Source: an uncultured Fibrobacterota bacterium (lineage in GTDB: Bacteria; Fibrobacterota; Chitinivibrionia; Chitinivibrionales; Chitinispirillaceae). Taken from it: a stretch of 29,410 nt of DNA. Both the position numbers and the translations under genes were made by a program. This document shows, piece after piece, positions 8,568 to 16,915 of this stretch. Numbering within the stretch: position 1 is the stretch's first letter; each line of letters begins with the position of its first letter. The notes beneath the pieces were generated by a model, which saw only the letters and a list, made by a program, of their open reading frames with translations, was not told where the DNA came from and made no database searches. Where the stretch lies: the NCBI GenBank assembly GCA_903888815.1, contig CAISVC010000657.1, forward strand, positions 1-29,410, written 5' to 3'.

Positions 8568-9527
8568 TTATGCCGCAGGCAGTGAGCATGATGAAAGCCA
8601 GTAACGGTAAAGATCTTCCAGTGTTTTAGAAAGTGGAATTTCGGGCTCCCAGCCGGTAGCACGGGTAAGTTTCGACCGGTCGCCCACTGTTTTCCTGCCG
8701 GTTTTATGCATTTTTAATCTGGTCGAATCCTGTTCAATGACAATTTTTCTGCCGGATTTTGCAGTAATCAAAGTAAGCAGCTCCTGCAGCGGAACCGCTG
8801 TACCGCTGCATACATTGTATACTTCGCCTTTTGTTCCCTTCTCCATGATCAGCGCGTACGCGCGGACCACATCGCGGACATCGGTGAAATCGATGGCAGG
8901 GCTCGTGTCGCCGACCCATATCCGCGCTTCCGCTTTTCCGAGCTCGATCTCAGCCGCCTGTTTTGTCCAGTCGGAACAGACAAAGCGCTCCGATTGTCCG
9001 GGGCCGGTGTGATTGAATGACCTCGTGAAACGGATATCCATCCCGTGCTGCCGTGTATATTGCATGCCGATCAGTTCGGCCGCATATTTCGAGATCCCGT
9101 AGAAACTCGTGGGCCGGCAGGGCGTTTCCTCTGTTATGGGATCGGCGCCGGCTGTGTCGCTGTACTGTTTTGACGAACCGATACAAAGGATGCTGCTTGA
9201 CGGACACGCCTGAAACGCGGCGTCGAGGACTGATACCGCCCCCATGATGTTGATGTCAAGCGCATACCGCGGAGATGTATCTGCGTCGGACGGGAGACTC
9301 ACGCCCGCAAGGTGAAATATCCGGTCAGGCCTGATCGAGGAAAACAGCTGCGCCAGGGCCGCGGTATCAAGGATATCCCCTTCAAAATAGGAAACCTTCG
9401 GAATATCGCAGGCCGGCCGCCGGTCAATGCCGGAAACTTTATTGCCTTGCGTGTTCAGGTATTCTGCCAGATATCTGCCGACAAAGCCGGTAATGCCGGT
9501 GATGAATGCGCTTTTTGAGGAAGACAT
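8568..9527 (-). CDS. NAD(P)-dependent epimerase/dehydratase, GDP-sugar type (Rmd / GDP-mannose 4,6-dehydratase-like)
   Basis: Rossmann GITGFVG, catalytic YGISK, SSKQY, and RSFNHTGPGQSERFV, typical of Rmd-like extended SDRs. Confidence 0.85.
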   Translation of the reverse strand: MSSSKSAFITGITGFVGRYLAEYLNTQGNKVSGIDRRPACDIPKVSYFEGDILDTAALAQLFSSIRPDRIFHLAGVSLPSDADTSPRYALDINIMGAVSVLDAAFQACPSSSILCIGSSKQYSDTAGADPITEETPCRPTSFYGISKYAAELIGMQYTRQHGMDIRFTRSFNHTGPGQSERFVCSDWTKQAAEIELGKAEARIWVGDTSPAIDFTDVRDVVRAYALIMEKGTKGEVYNVCSGTAVPLQELLTLITAKSGRKIVIEQDSTRLKMHKTGRKTVGDRSKLTRATGWEPEIPLSKTLEDLYRYWLSSCSLPAA

Positions 9528-9567
9528 GGGAAGAAAATACTATGAGGTGAAGGTCTGCCGGTCAGGT

Positions 9568-10530
9568 TTACTTCACCCCGACAAGCTCCCGCACCCGCTC
9601 AAGGGTTTTCATTGCGATGGCGCGCGCCTTGGCCTCGCCTTTTTTTCTTATTTCGTCAACAATGCCCGGATTTTTCACGAGCGCTTCCCTTTTATCCCGG
9701 TGTGGCCTGAAATACTCCCACAGCATGGCGAAAAGCTCTTTTTTCGCATCGCCGTACCCGTACCCGCCGGCGCGGAATCTGTCAGCCATCTCCTTTGCCC
9801 GCGCTGGCGATGCAAACAGCTGGTAGAGGGCATAGATGACGCTCTTGTCCGGATCCTTGGATGCTTCGACCGGCGTCGGGTCAGTGACGATACTCATTAT
9901 TTTCTTTTTAAGCACGTTCTCAGGCGCAAAGATCTCGATCGTATTGCCGTACGATTTCGACATTTTCTGTCCGTCAATGCCGGGGATCACGGCCAATTCC
10001 TCGGTGATCTCCGGTTCCGGAATGGTAAAAACCTTCCCATACGTGTTGTTGAACCTGATGGCAATGTCCCGCGCCACCTCCACATGCTGTTTCTGGTCCC
10101 TGCCCACCGGAACCCGGTGGCTCTGATAGAGCAGGATATCGGCGGCCATGAGCACCGGATATGAAAAGAGACCGTTGGTCGCCGGAATGTTCCTGGCAAC
10201 CGCGTCCTTGTAGGCGTGGCACCGTTCGAGAAGGCCGACGGCCGTGACGTTGTTCAGGTACCAGGTGAGCTCCGCGACCTCGGGAACGTCCGACTGCACC
10301 CAGAACACCGACCGCTCAGGGTCAATGCCGAGGGCAAGAAGGTCAAGGATGGCTTCGCGGGTATATTCCGCCATTTTCTTGCCGTCAAACAGGGTCGTGA
10401 GGCTGTGCAGGTTGGCGATGAAGCAGAAAAGCTCGCCCCGCGATTGCGATTCTACCATGGGCCTGATCATGCCCAGGTAATTGCCGATGTGAATGGTACC
10501 CGAAGGCTTGATGCCGGATAAAATGCGCAT
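9568..10530 (-). CDS. trpS: Tryptophan--tRNA ligase
   Basis: SGIKPSG, HIGN, YPVLMAADILLY, VPVGRDQKQH, KMSKS. Confidence 0.98.
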   Translation of the reverse strand: MRILSGIKPSGTIHIGNYLGMIRPMVESQSRGELFCFIANLHSLTTLFDGKKMAEYTREAILDLLALGIDPERSVFWVQSDVPEVAELTWYLNNVTAVGLLERCHAYKDAVARNIPATNGLFSYPVLMAADILLYQSHRVPVGRDQKQHVEVARDIAIRFNNTYGKVFTIPEPEITEELAVIPGIDGQKMSKSYGNTIEIFAPENVLKKKIMSIVTDPTPVEASKDPDKSVIYALYQLFASPARAKEMADRFRAGGYGYGDAKKELFAMLWEYFRPHRDKREALVKNPGIVDEIRKKGEAKARAIAMKTLERVRELVGVK

Positions 10531-10573
10531 GATAAATAAAATCTCCTGTTGCTGTTATGGAAAAAATATGTTG

Positions 10574-11980
10574 TCAACTATTGTCACGCGTTACGTCTTT
10601 CGAATAAAATCGGCCCATAAACGAATTAAAACCCGCCGATTCGGCGGTCTCATCGGTTTCGGCGGTTTCGGGTTCGCCATCGTCAGGGTCTTCGAATGCT
10701 CCCTGACTTTCGCAATACTTTGTATCAGCCTCATCAACCTGCGGATCAAAGGTATCGGGCGTGAGCACCCATCCGCCGGCGCCGTACCCCGAATCGTTTG
10801 TGAAGTCGCCGACGTCGCTGTTTTTAAACGCCGCTTCCGCGGCAGCCACGCCGTCCATGGCCTTGCACCGGCCTGCTGCGACGTTATCCTTAATCAACAA
10901 TGTTTTTTTTCCTTCAGGCTGTGCCGGAGCGCCGTCATACGCGACCGGTTTTCCCTCTCCGTAAAAAAGGTTTTGCCGGACAACGCTCGTCGAGCCCTCA
11001 TCAATGCGAATGCCGGCGACCCGTTCCGCGGCGCCATTCCCTTCAGGCGTTCCGCAGTCGATGCAGGTATTATTCTCGACAAGAACGTTGAATGCTGCGC
11101 CGTACACCCTGACCGCTTCGCTGCCGCACCGCACGATGCAATTATTGGTGATTGAATGGCCGTCGCCGCGAACGGCTATGCCGCGTGCACAGTCAAGAAT
11201 CCGGTTTGATTCAACCACGCTGCCTTTGCCGGCGCCGATGGAAATCGAGCTGTCGGGGCACCGCTCGACCCGGTTGCCGCGCACCAGCGTATCGCCGCAT
11301 TTGACAAGAATACCTCCGGCGCGGCACTGTTCGAGAGTGTTATACTCAATGATATGCCCGTATTGCCCGGCAGGCGCGTCACCGGTGCCCGCCAGAATGC
11401 CGTAATCGTAATTGACAAAACAGTTCTTGCGGAACACATGGTTGGTAAGCGGCGCTCCCCCATCGCTGTCGCCTTCGCTCACCATGAGTCCTGCGGCGCG
11501 CCCGACTGCCGCGGCGCGCTCAAACCGGCAGTTTTCCACCACATTGCAGCTTCCGCCGGATCCGCCGAAAAAGAACGTGCACGATTCTTTTGCGCGCGCG
11601 CCGCAGTCAACGAACCGCAAACTATCAAAACGGTTGCGGCTGCAGGCGCCGATCACGGAAACGGCGCCGGACGGCGCATCCCTGAAAGTCAGATTGGAGA
11701 CGATGAGATCGCTCACGTCATAAAAGAACCAGCATGCGTTCAGGATCTCAACGTCCGCATCCTGCTCCGCCACAATGCGGATCGGCTGATGCGGTGTTCC
11801 GGAAATATCGAACGTCATATCGCGGCGGTATACGCCGCCTTTGAGCATGATCGTGGCGCCGGGCTTGACCATAGCGAGCGCCCGCTCGACAGCGCCGAAA
11901 GGATTTTCGAACGTGCCGTCGCCGCTGCCGTTGGCTGAAGGAGAAATCCAGAGAATGAAGGGGCCGTTCTTATCGAACAT
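10574..11980 (-). CDS. Right-handed parallel beta-helix (pectin-lyase-fold) protein with acidic C-terminal tail
   Basis: N-terminal SGDGTFENPF...GATIMLKGGVY...GTPHQPIRIVAE, then repeated VENCRF / IEYNTL / VRGNRV / VESNRI / ITNNCI / VENNTC rungs. No signal peptide. Confidence 0.8.
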   Translation of the reverse strand: MFDKNGPFILWISPSANGSGDGTFENPFGAVERALAMVKPGATIMLKGGVYRRDMTFDISGTPHQPIRIVAEQDADVEILNACWFFYDVSDLIVSNLTFRDAPSGAVSVIGACSRNRFDSLRFVDCGARAKESCTFFFGGSGGSCNVVENCRFERAAAVGRAAGLMVSEGDSDGGAPLTNHVFRKNCFVNYDYGILAGTGDAPAGQYGHIIEYNTLEQCRAGGILVKCGDTLVRGNRVERCPDSSISIGAGKGSVVESNRILDCARGIAVRGDGHSITNNCIVRCGSEAVRVYGAAFNVLVENNTCIDCGTPEGNGAAERVAGIRIDEGSTSVVRQNLFYGEGKPVAYDGAPAQPEGKKTLLIKDNVAAGRCKAMDGVAAAEAAFKNSDVGDFTNDSGYGAGGWVLTPDTFDPQVDEADTKYCESQGAFEDPDDGEPETAETDETAESAGFNSFMGRFYSKDVTRDNS

Positions 11981-11985
11981 TATCC

Positions 11986-12351
11986 TTATTTTTCTTTGTC
12001 TGATTCGTCTTTTTTAGAGAAAAACTGCGAAATCTTCCTGGCCGCGTCCGGGGCCATGGCAATGATTTTACTCAGGAAGGGATCAAACGGCGTGACCGGA
12101 TGGACCTGTACCCGGTCGTCCCGTACCGAAATGAAAGCAACCGGCGTGATGCTGATGCCGCCGCCCGTGCCTGCGCCGGTGGAGGCCTTGTCATCCTTGC
12201 CGGCGCCGCCGGCCGCAAAACCGATCGAAACGCGCGACACCGGAATGAGCGTGACATTGCCGACATTGATCGGTTCGCCGATCACGGTCTCGGTCTTGGC
12301 AATATACTGCATCTGATCAAGCGCGGTCTTGATGACATCAGCAAGCGACAT
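11986..12351 (-). CDS. gerW: GerW/YtfJ-family protein
   Basis: TETVIGEPINVGNVTLIPVSRVSIGFAAGG...GAGTGGGISITPVAFI, the family signature. SD GGAGG. Confidence 0.85.
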   Translation of the reverse strand: MSLADVIKTALDQMQYIAKTETVIGEPINVGNVTLIPVSRVSIGFAAGGAGKDDKASTGAGTGGGISITPVAFISVRDDRVQVHPVTPFDPFLSKIIAMAPDAARKISQFFSKKDESDKEK

Positions 12352-12428
12352 GGGCGCCTCCGTTGGGTTAAAGTATAAAAATATATAGCCATGCCTGAGG
12401 ACGTCAAAAATTTCATGAAGAGAAGCTA

Positions 12429-12478
12429 TAGACTCTCTTTCTTGTCATTAATTATAATTGACCCTTTCCGTAAAGCAA
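12429..12478. promoter_or_regulatory. Possible overlapping divergent promoters (gerW on -, lamin-tail gene on +)
   Basis: ATTATAAT at 12451-12458 gives TATAAT on both strands. TAGACT-N18-TATAAT on +, TTGCTT-N16-TATAAT on -. Confidence 0.35.
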
Positions 12479-12488
12479 AAAACCGTCT

Positions 12489-14231
12489 ATGCATAATGCA
12501 CAAAAACAAAACGCTGCGCAAAACATAATCATGCTGCTTGTGTTCTGCTTTTCGTATTCCGTTTTTCCCCAGATCGTCATCACCGAGATCCAGCGAGACC
12601 CCCACGGCGGCGAGACCGCTTCGCCCGGAGGAGCAAGCCATGAGTTCGTGGAGATTACCAATTTCGGCAGCGACACGGTGGGCCTCGATTCCCTCTGTCT
12701 CACCGACGGTGTTGAGGCCGATACAATCATTCCGTGGCCTGCTCCCCTGCAGATACATGATGACTGCGTTACCGGAAGCGTCCTGCTCCGGCCCGGAGGA
12801 ACCGCGGTAATTCTTGACCGCGACTATCCTGCGGCCGTGGCAAGCGTGCCGTCGAGCCGGCTGCCGATCCGGGCCGGTACCGTGCTCCTGACCGTGGGAG
12901 ACGCGGAACTCGGCAACGGCCTTGCCGGTGATGACGGAATTGTGGTTTATAAAGGGAATAAAACGCTCATCAGCCGGATCGTCTGGTGCGCTGCCGATGC
13001 TCCATTTGTTGGTACATCACCAACCGGTGGAAAGGTCGTTTTAGCCGAACCGCGCAGTGTTCCCGAAGGGTTCTCGGTTGTTCCAGTCTCATTTCTCTTT
13101 GACAGCATCCGTTATGCAATCTGCATAGACTCGCTGACTCCGGGTTCTTTTGAACTGCTCAACAACAACTGGTTTGCAGAGTGGAGGTTCGGGGCACTCG
13201 ATACCGTTCATCGGAGCTTCGCCTGTACCCTTGCCTGCCTTAAATCAGGAGCGCTGCCCGATGCTCCTGTGGGCTGGTCGGTAATCATGCAATCAACCGC
13301 AAAGACAAACACCGCAGGGCAGGGCACCTGTGCTCTGCAGGGGAATAAAGCCACGGCTTCTTTCACGCTTCCGCTCGATTCGCTCCTGTATCTTGTACAC
13401 CTGACAGAGACTACTGCCGAAACGGTCTGGCCGCTTGACGTGTCCCGGCTCTGGACTCCGGCTTCTCCGCTTAAAATCAACGAGCTCTTTCCCCGCGCCA
13501 ATGCCGGTGAGCCCGAATGGTTCGAGGTGGTCAATGTCTCTCAAATGACAATCAATCTGAAAAACTGGGCCTTCGGCAACAGCGAGGACACCGCCCTCAT
13601 TACCGCCCGGGATCTTTTCGTGCGTCCCGGCGATTTTCTCGTGCTCTCGGCCGACCGTCCGCTTTTCAATCAGCGGTATCCGGCGAAAAACAACGCGGCC
13701 GCACCCCCGCACTGGCATGCGCTTGACAATTACAATGATACGCTCTGCCTCTGGGACGCCAAAAGAAATCCCAAGGAGCGTGTCTGCTGGCGCAGCGAGT
13801 GGTTTCCCGGCTGGGGCAGCCAGTCGCTTGAACGGATTTCTCTTTCGAACTCCGGCATGGATGCCGCGTCATGGACGCTGGCCTCCCCGCCGACGCCGGG
13901 CCAGCCGAACAGCGCAATTTTCTGGCGCGCGGGCCCGCAGCCGCACCTTGACGCCGGGCCAATTCCCTTCACTCCGAACAACGACGGCCGTGATGATCGG
14001 CTTTCAATAATCATTGACTTGCCGGCAGGGTATTCGGCTGCGGTGGCAATTTACGGCTTTTCAGGGAAAAAGCTCAGAGAGTTTTCCGGCCTGCTGTCGC
14101 ACCAGATCTTCTGGGACGGCAGGCAGGACAACGGCCTGGCCGCTCCGGTAGGCCCGTTCTTCGTGGTGATGGAAGCCACGTCGGCGAAAGGAACAACTAT
14201 AGTGCGAAAAAAAGGAGTTTTATGGAGATAA
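12489..14231 (+). CDS. Secreted lamin-tail-domain (LTD) protein with gliding-motility/T9SS type-B-like (CHU_C / FlgD-Ig) C-terminal domain
   Basis: Signal peptide. Two LTD-like units (IVITEIQRDP...EFVEITN; LKINELFP...EWFEVVN). C-terminal FTPNNDGRDD...IYGFSGKKL...FWDGRQDNG..APVGPF. Confidence 0.8.
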   Translation: MHNAQKQNAAQNIIMLLVFCFSYSVFPQIVITEIQRDPHGGETASPGGASHEFVEITNFGSDTVGLDSLCLTDGVEADTIIPWPAPLQIHDDCVTGSVLLRPGGTAVILDRDYPAAVASVPSSRLPIRAGTVLLTVGDAELGNGLAGDDGIVVYKGNKTLISRIVWCAADAPFVGTSPTGGKVVLAEPRSVPEGFSVVPVSFLFDSIRYAICIDSLTPGSFELLNNNWFAEWRFGALDTVHRSFACTLACLKSGALPDAPVGWSVIMQSTAKTNTAGQGTCALQGNKATASFTLPLDSLLYLVHLTETTAETVWPLDVSRLWTPASPLKINELFPRANAGEPEWFEVVNVSQMTINLKNWAFGNSEDTALITARDLFVRPGDFLVLSADRPLFNQRYPAKNNAAAPPHWHALDNYNDTLCLWDAKRNPKERVCWRSEWFPGWGSQSLERISLSNSGMDAASWTLASPPTPGQPNSAIFWRAGPQPHLDAGPIPFTPNNDGRDDRLSIIIDLPAGYSAAVAIYGFSGKKLREFSGLLSHQIFWDGRQDNGLAAPVGPFFVVMEATSAKGTTIVRKKGVLWR

Positions 14232-14277
14232 ATAAAAAAGCCGATAGTTATAACTATAGTTCTAATGCGATTTGAAT

Positions 14278-14445
14278 GGGTGTCCCGTATACTGTTTCTG
14301 AACGTGCACACGTGGCCCGCGAAACGCAAGCGCGAATCTTCGCCTCTTGGCGAATGTTTTACCACCGCTGCTGCAAAGTTGGACGCTTGCGTTAAGCGGA
14401 GTAGTGCCACATTGTGTGCCGTGAAGAGCAGCATGCGGGACACCC
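14278..14445. repeat. Structured palindromic element, copy 1 (168 bp)
   Basis: GGGTGTCCCG...CGGGACACCC terminal stem, AACGCAAGCG/CGCTTGCGTT 10-bp stem and TTCGCC-TCTT-GGCGAA hairpin. Homologous to 18626-18792. Confidence 0.8.
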
Positions 14446-14486
14446 CAAATGATGACCCGTTTGAATCAAACTGGAACCATAAAAAT

Positions 14487-15374
14487 ATGGTCAACCCGAA
14501 AATCCATGATATATTCCGAGTCTTTCTATCACCCATCACCCTGACGGTATATATACTTTTATCTGTAAATTCTATAGCCGGTCTGCGCGATCCGTTCCCG
14601 CCCGGATTCTCAATGGGAACGCTCGGTTCCATCATTGACGAAAAAGGGGCGAGCGGCCGCGAACCATGGACAAGCGCCGCTTTCTGCGCCGATTCTGCGG
14701 GTTTCGGGTTTGCGCTGAGCGGCACCTCCTACTACGGTTCCGTGAGCGGGAGCGCAGGTAAGGACGGCATCAGCCAGGCCATGGGCGGCGGCTGGTATAT
14801 CAGGAAACATCTTGTCTGTAAAGCTTCCATCGCCCACCTGAATGCTTTCGGCGCGTACTTTGAGCAGTCCGGCTTTATTTCAATCGGGTCCGATTTTTTC
14901 CCGCTTGCCCGCCTGAGCCTTGAAGCGACCGGCTTCCGTTTTGGCGTTCATATCCCCGATAGCCCGGTGCGCACCATCGGCGAAGGGGGCGTTTCACTAT
15001 GGGTACCCTGGTCATGGGCGGCGATTTCGCTCCGCCTGCAGCATCTGGTGCTTGAAACCGCGCAGAGTGACGGCACCGATCCTACATTTACCATCCGGTG
15101 CGGCATCCATACGATGCAGAACAGCTTCGGCGGCCAGGGTGCGCTCGTCACCGTACTACCCGGCGAGCCGAAGCCGGTATGCTTTACCATCGGAGAAGAA
15201 TACTTCATAACCCCTGCAATCGCTTTCAATGCGGCGTTCTCGAACAATCCGCTTCTCATCAGCTTCGGCATGGCGTTCTCCCTCGGCCGGTCCGGCGCCG
15301 CCGTTGCTCTTGTCAACCACCCCGTCCTCGGCTGGTCCCAGGGGTTCGGGGCGGAATATTTTCGGAAAAAATAG
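14487..15374 (+). CDS. Hypothetical outer-membrane beta-barrel protein
   Basis: Start placed at ATG 14487, after the palindromic element. Signal-like N-terminus, alternating amphipathic strands, C-terminal NHPVLGWSQGFGAEYF resembling FCB-group barrel ends. Confidence 0.6.
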   Translation: MVNPKIHDIFRVFLSPITLTVYILLSVNSIAGLRDPFPPGFSMGTLGSIIDEKGASGREPWTSAAFCADSAGFGFALSGTSYYGSVSGSAGKDGISQAMGGGWYIRKHLVCKASIAHLNAFGAYFEQSGFISIGSDFFPLARLSLEATGFRFGVHIPDSPVRTIGEGGVSLWVPWSWAAISLRLQHLVLETAQSDGTDPTFTIRCGIHTMQNSFGGQGALVTVLPGEPKPVCFTIGEEYFITPAIAFNAAFSNNPLLISFGMAFSLGRSGAAVALVNHPVLGWSQGFGAEYFRKK

Positions 15375-15384
15375 GCGTTTCAGT

Positions 15385-15413
15385 TTGACAGATTATAGTT
15401 TTTTAACTATCTT
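15385..15413 (+). promoter_or_regulatory. Sigma70-type promoter for the GH53 gene
   Basis: TTGACA-N17-TATCTT. The spacer/-10 overlaps the palindrome ATAGTT-TTTT-AACTAT (15395-15410). Confidence 0.65.
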
Positions 15414-15421
15414 AATTCTTG

Positions 15422-15473
15422 ACCTCACCCCCTTCGCCCTCTCTCCCAAATAGCGAGGGGGTTGATTAGAGGT
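15422..15473 (+). promoter_or_regulatory. 5'-UTR hairpin overlapping the GH53 ribosome-binding site
   Basis: ACCTC/GAGGT (the SD) plus ACCCCC-T-TCGC/GCGA-GGGGGT stem. Confidence 0.4.
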
Positions 15474-15479
15474 AATACT

Positions 15480-16796
15480 ATGTTCAGAAATGGCGCATTC
15501 TCTCCCTTTTTACCATTTTTGTTTTTTATTGTTGTATTGATTGCCCCGCTATCTTTATCGGCCGCTCCCTTTGCTCTCGGCGCGGACGTGAGCTGGCTGC
15601 CGCAGATGGAAGCGCTGGGCTATTCGTTCTATAACGATGCCGGGGTCAGGCAGGACTGCATTCAGATACTGAAGGACCACGGCATCAATACGATAAGGCT
15701 GCGGGTATGGGTGAATCCCTCGAACAATATTTATAACGGCCATTGCAGTAAAGCCGAGACCGTTGTCATGGCGAAACGCGCGGCGGCCATGGGGTTCAGA
15801 ATCATGATCGATTTCCACTACAGCGATTCATGGGCAGACCCGGGGCAGCAGACCAAACCTGCGGCATGGTCGTCACACGGCATCAGTCAACTGATAACCG
15901 ACGTGTACGATCATACCTACGACGTTCTGGATTCCCTGAAATCCGCCGGCATAATCCCGGAATGGGTGCAGGTAGGAAATGAAACCAACGACGGCATGCT
16001 GTGGGAAGACGGGAGAGCTTCCGCAAACATGGGCAGCTTTGCATCGCTCGTCACGAGCGGCTGCAATGCGGTCAAGGCAGTTGACAGCAGCATAAAAGTG
16101 ATCGTACATATTTCCAACGGGTATGACAACGCCCTGTTCAGGTGGATATTCGACGGACTTAAAACCAACAGCGCACGCTACGACGTTATCGGCATGTCGC
16201 TTTATCCTGCATCGGGCAACTGGAGCACCCTGACCGGCCAGTGTCTGACCAACATGAACGACATGGTATCCCGGTACGGCAAGCAAGTCATGATCTGTGA
16301 AGTGGGCATGGCGTACACTGCTGCACAGGCCTGCAAGGACATGCTGACTGACCTGATCAGCAAGACCAAATCGGTTTCCGGCAACAGCGGGCTCGGTGTG
16401 TTCTACTGGGAGCCTGAGTGCTACAACTGGAACGGTTATAACCTGGGCGCATGGAACACCAACGGACGGCCCACCATAGCGCTCGACGCGTTTTTAACCG
16501 GCACCCTTGTTTCGCACCCGCTTTCCGGTTCACTCCAAACTCCGGGATTTCTGCGGATCGCTGCCGACCCGGTTGCTTCCGCCCTGACGATATATTATCG
16601 AGTGCAGAGTGCCGGTCATGTTTCGCTCTCAATAGTTGATATTCAGGGGAAAAAGACGGCAACAATCATGCGGAAATCGCTGCAGCCCGGCACGTATACG
16701 ACAACCTGGAAAACAGGCGGGTTTGCCGCAGGACGATATTACTGCTCCATGCAGTCGACCGGCGGCAGATCATACGAAGCGTTTTGCATAAAATGA
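15480..16796 (+). CDS. Arabinogalactan endo-beta-1,4-galactanase (GH53) with T9SS type-A-like C-terminal sorting domain
   Basis: GADVSW, IRLRVWVNP, IDFHYSDSWADPGQQTKPAAW, VQVGNE (acid/base), MICEVG (nucleophile), GVFYWEP. C-terminal LTIYYRV...VSLSIVDIQGKK...PGTYTTTW...AAGRYYC. Signal peptide. ATG 15480 after GAGGT. Confidence 0.93.
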   Translation: MFRNGAFSPFLPFLFFIVVLIAPLSLSAAPFALGADVSWLPQMEALGYSFYNDAGVRQDCIQILKDHGINTIRLRVWVNPSNNIYNGHCSKAETVVMAKRAAAMGFRIMIDFHYSDSWADPGQQTKPAAWSSHGISQLITDVYDHTYDVLDSLKSAGIIPEWVQVGNETNDGMLWEDGRASANMGSFASLVTSGCNAVKAVDSSIKVIVHISNGYDNALFRWIFDGLKTNSARYDVIGMSLYPASGNWSTLTGQCLTNMNDMVSRYGKQVMICEVGMAYTAAQACKDMLTDLISKTKSVSGNSGLGVFYWEPECYNWNGYNLGAWNTNGRPTIALDAFLTGTLVSHPLSGSLQTPGFLRIAADPVASALTIYYRVQSAGHVSLSIVDIQGKKTATIMRKSLQPGTYTTTWKTGGFAAGRYYCSMQSTGGRSYEAFCIK

Positions 16797-16915
16797 TCCT
16801 GCTTACTACCCTTAACTGTCAAGCCCAACAATTTCCCCTTGCAGGATTCTGTTCGGCATTTTACAATTATACGGTGAACTGAATAAGCACCTATGACCGA
16901 CAGAAAGCAGCAGCG

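Noticed and set aside
11986-12351. gerW as evidence of sporulation
   Set aside because: The family occurs in non-sporulating bacteria and archaea. The rest of the window indicates a diderm with T9SS cargo.
14278-14445. The 168-bp element as a c-di-GMP riboswitch, integron attC site, tRNA or CRISPR repeat
   Set aside because: No GGCAAACC/tetraloop-receptor layout, no RYYYAAC...GTTRRRY ends, no cloverleaf or T-loop, and no regularly spaced repeat-spacer units.
14265-14486. N-terminal 74 codons of the 369-aa ORF
   Set aside because: They are a read-through of the palindromic element. A signal-peptide-like start exists at 14487. A real in-frame extension cannot be fully excluded.
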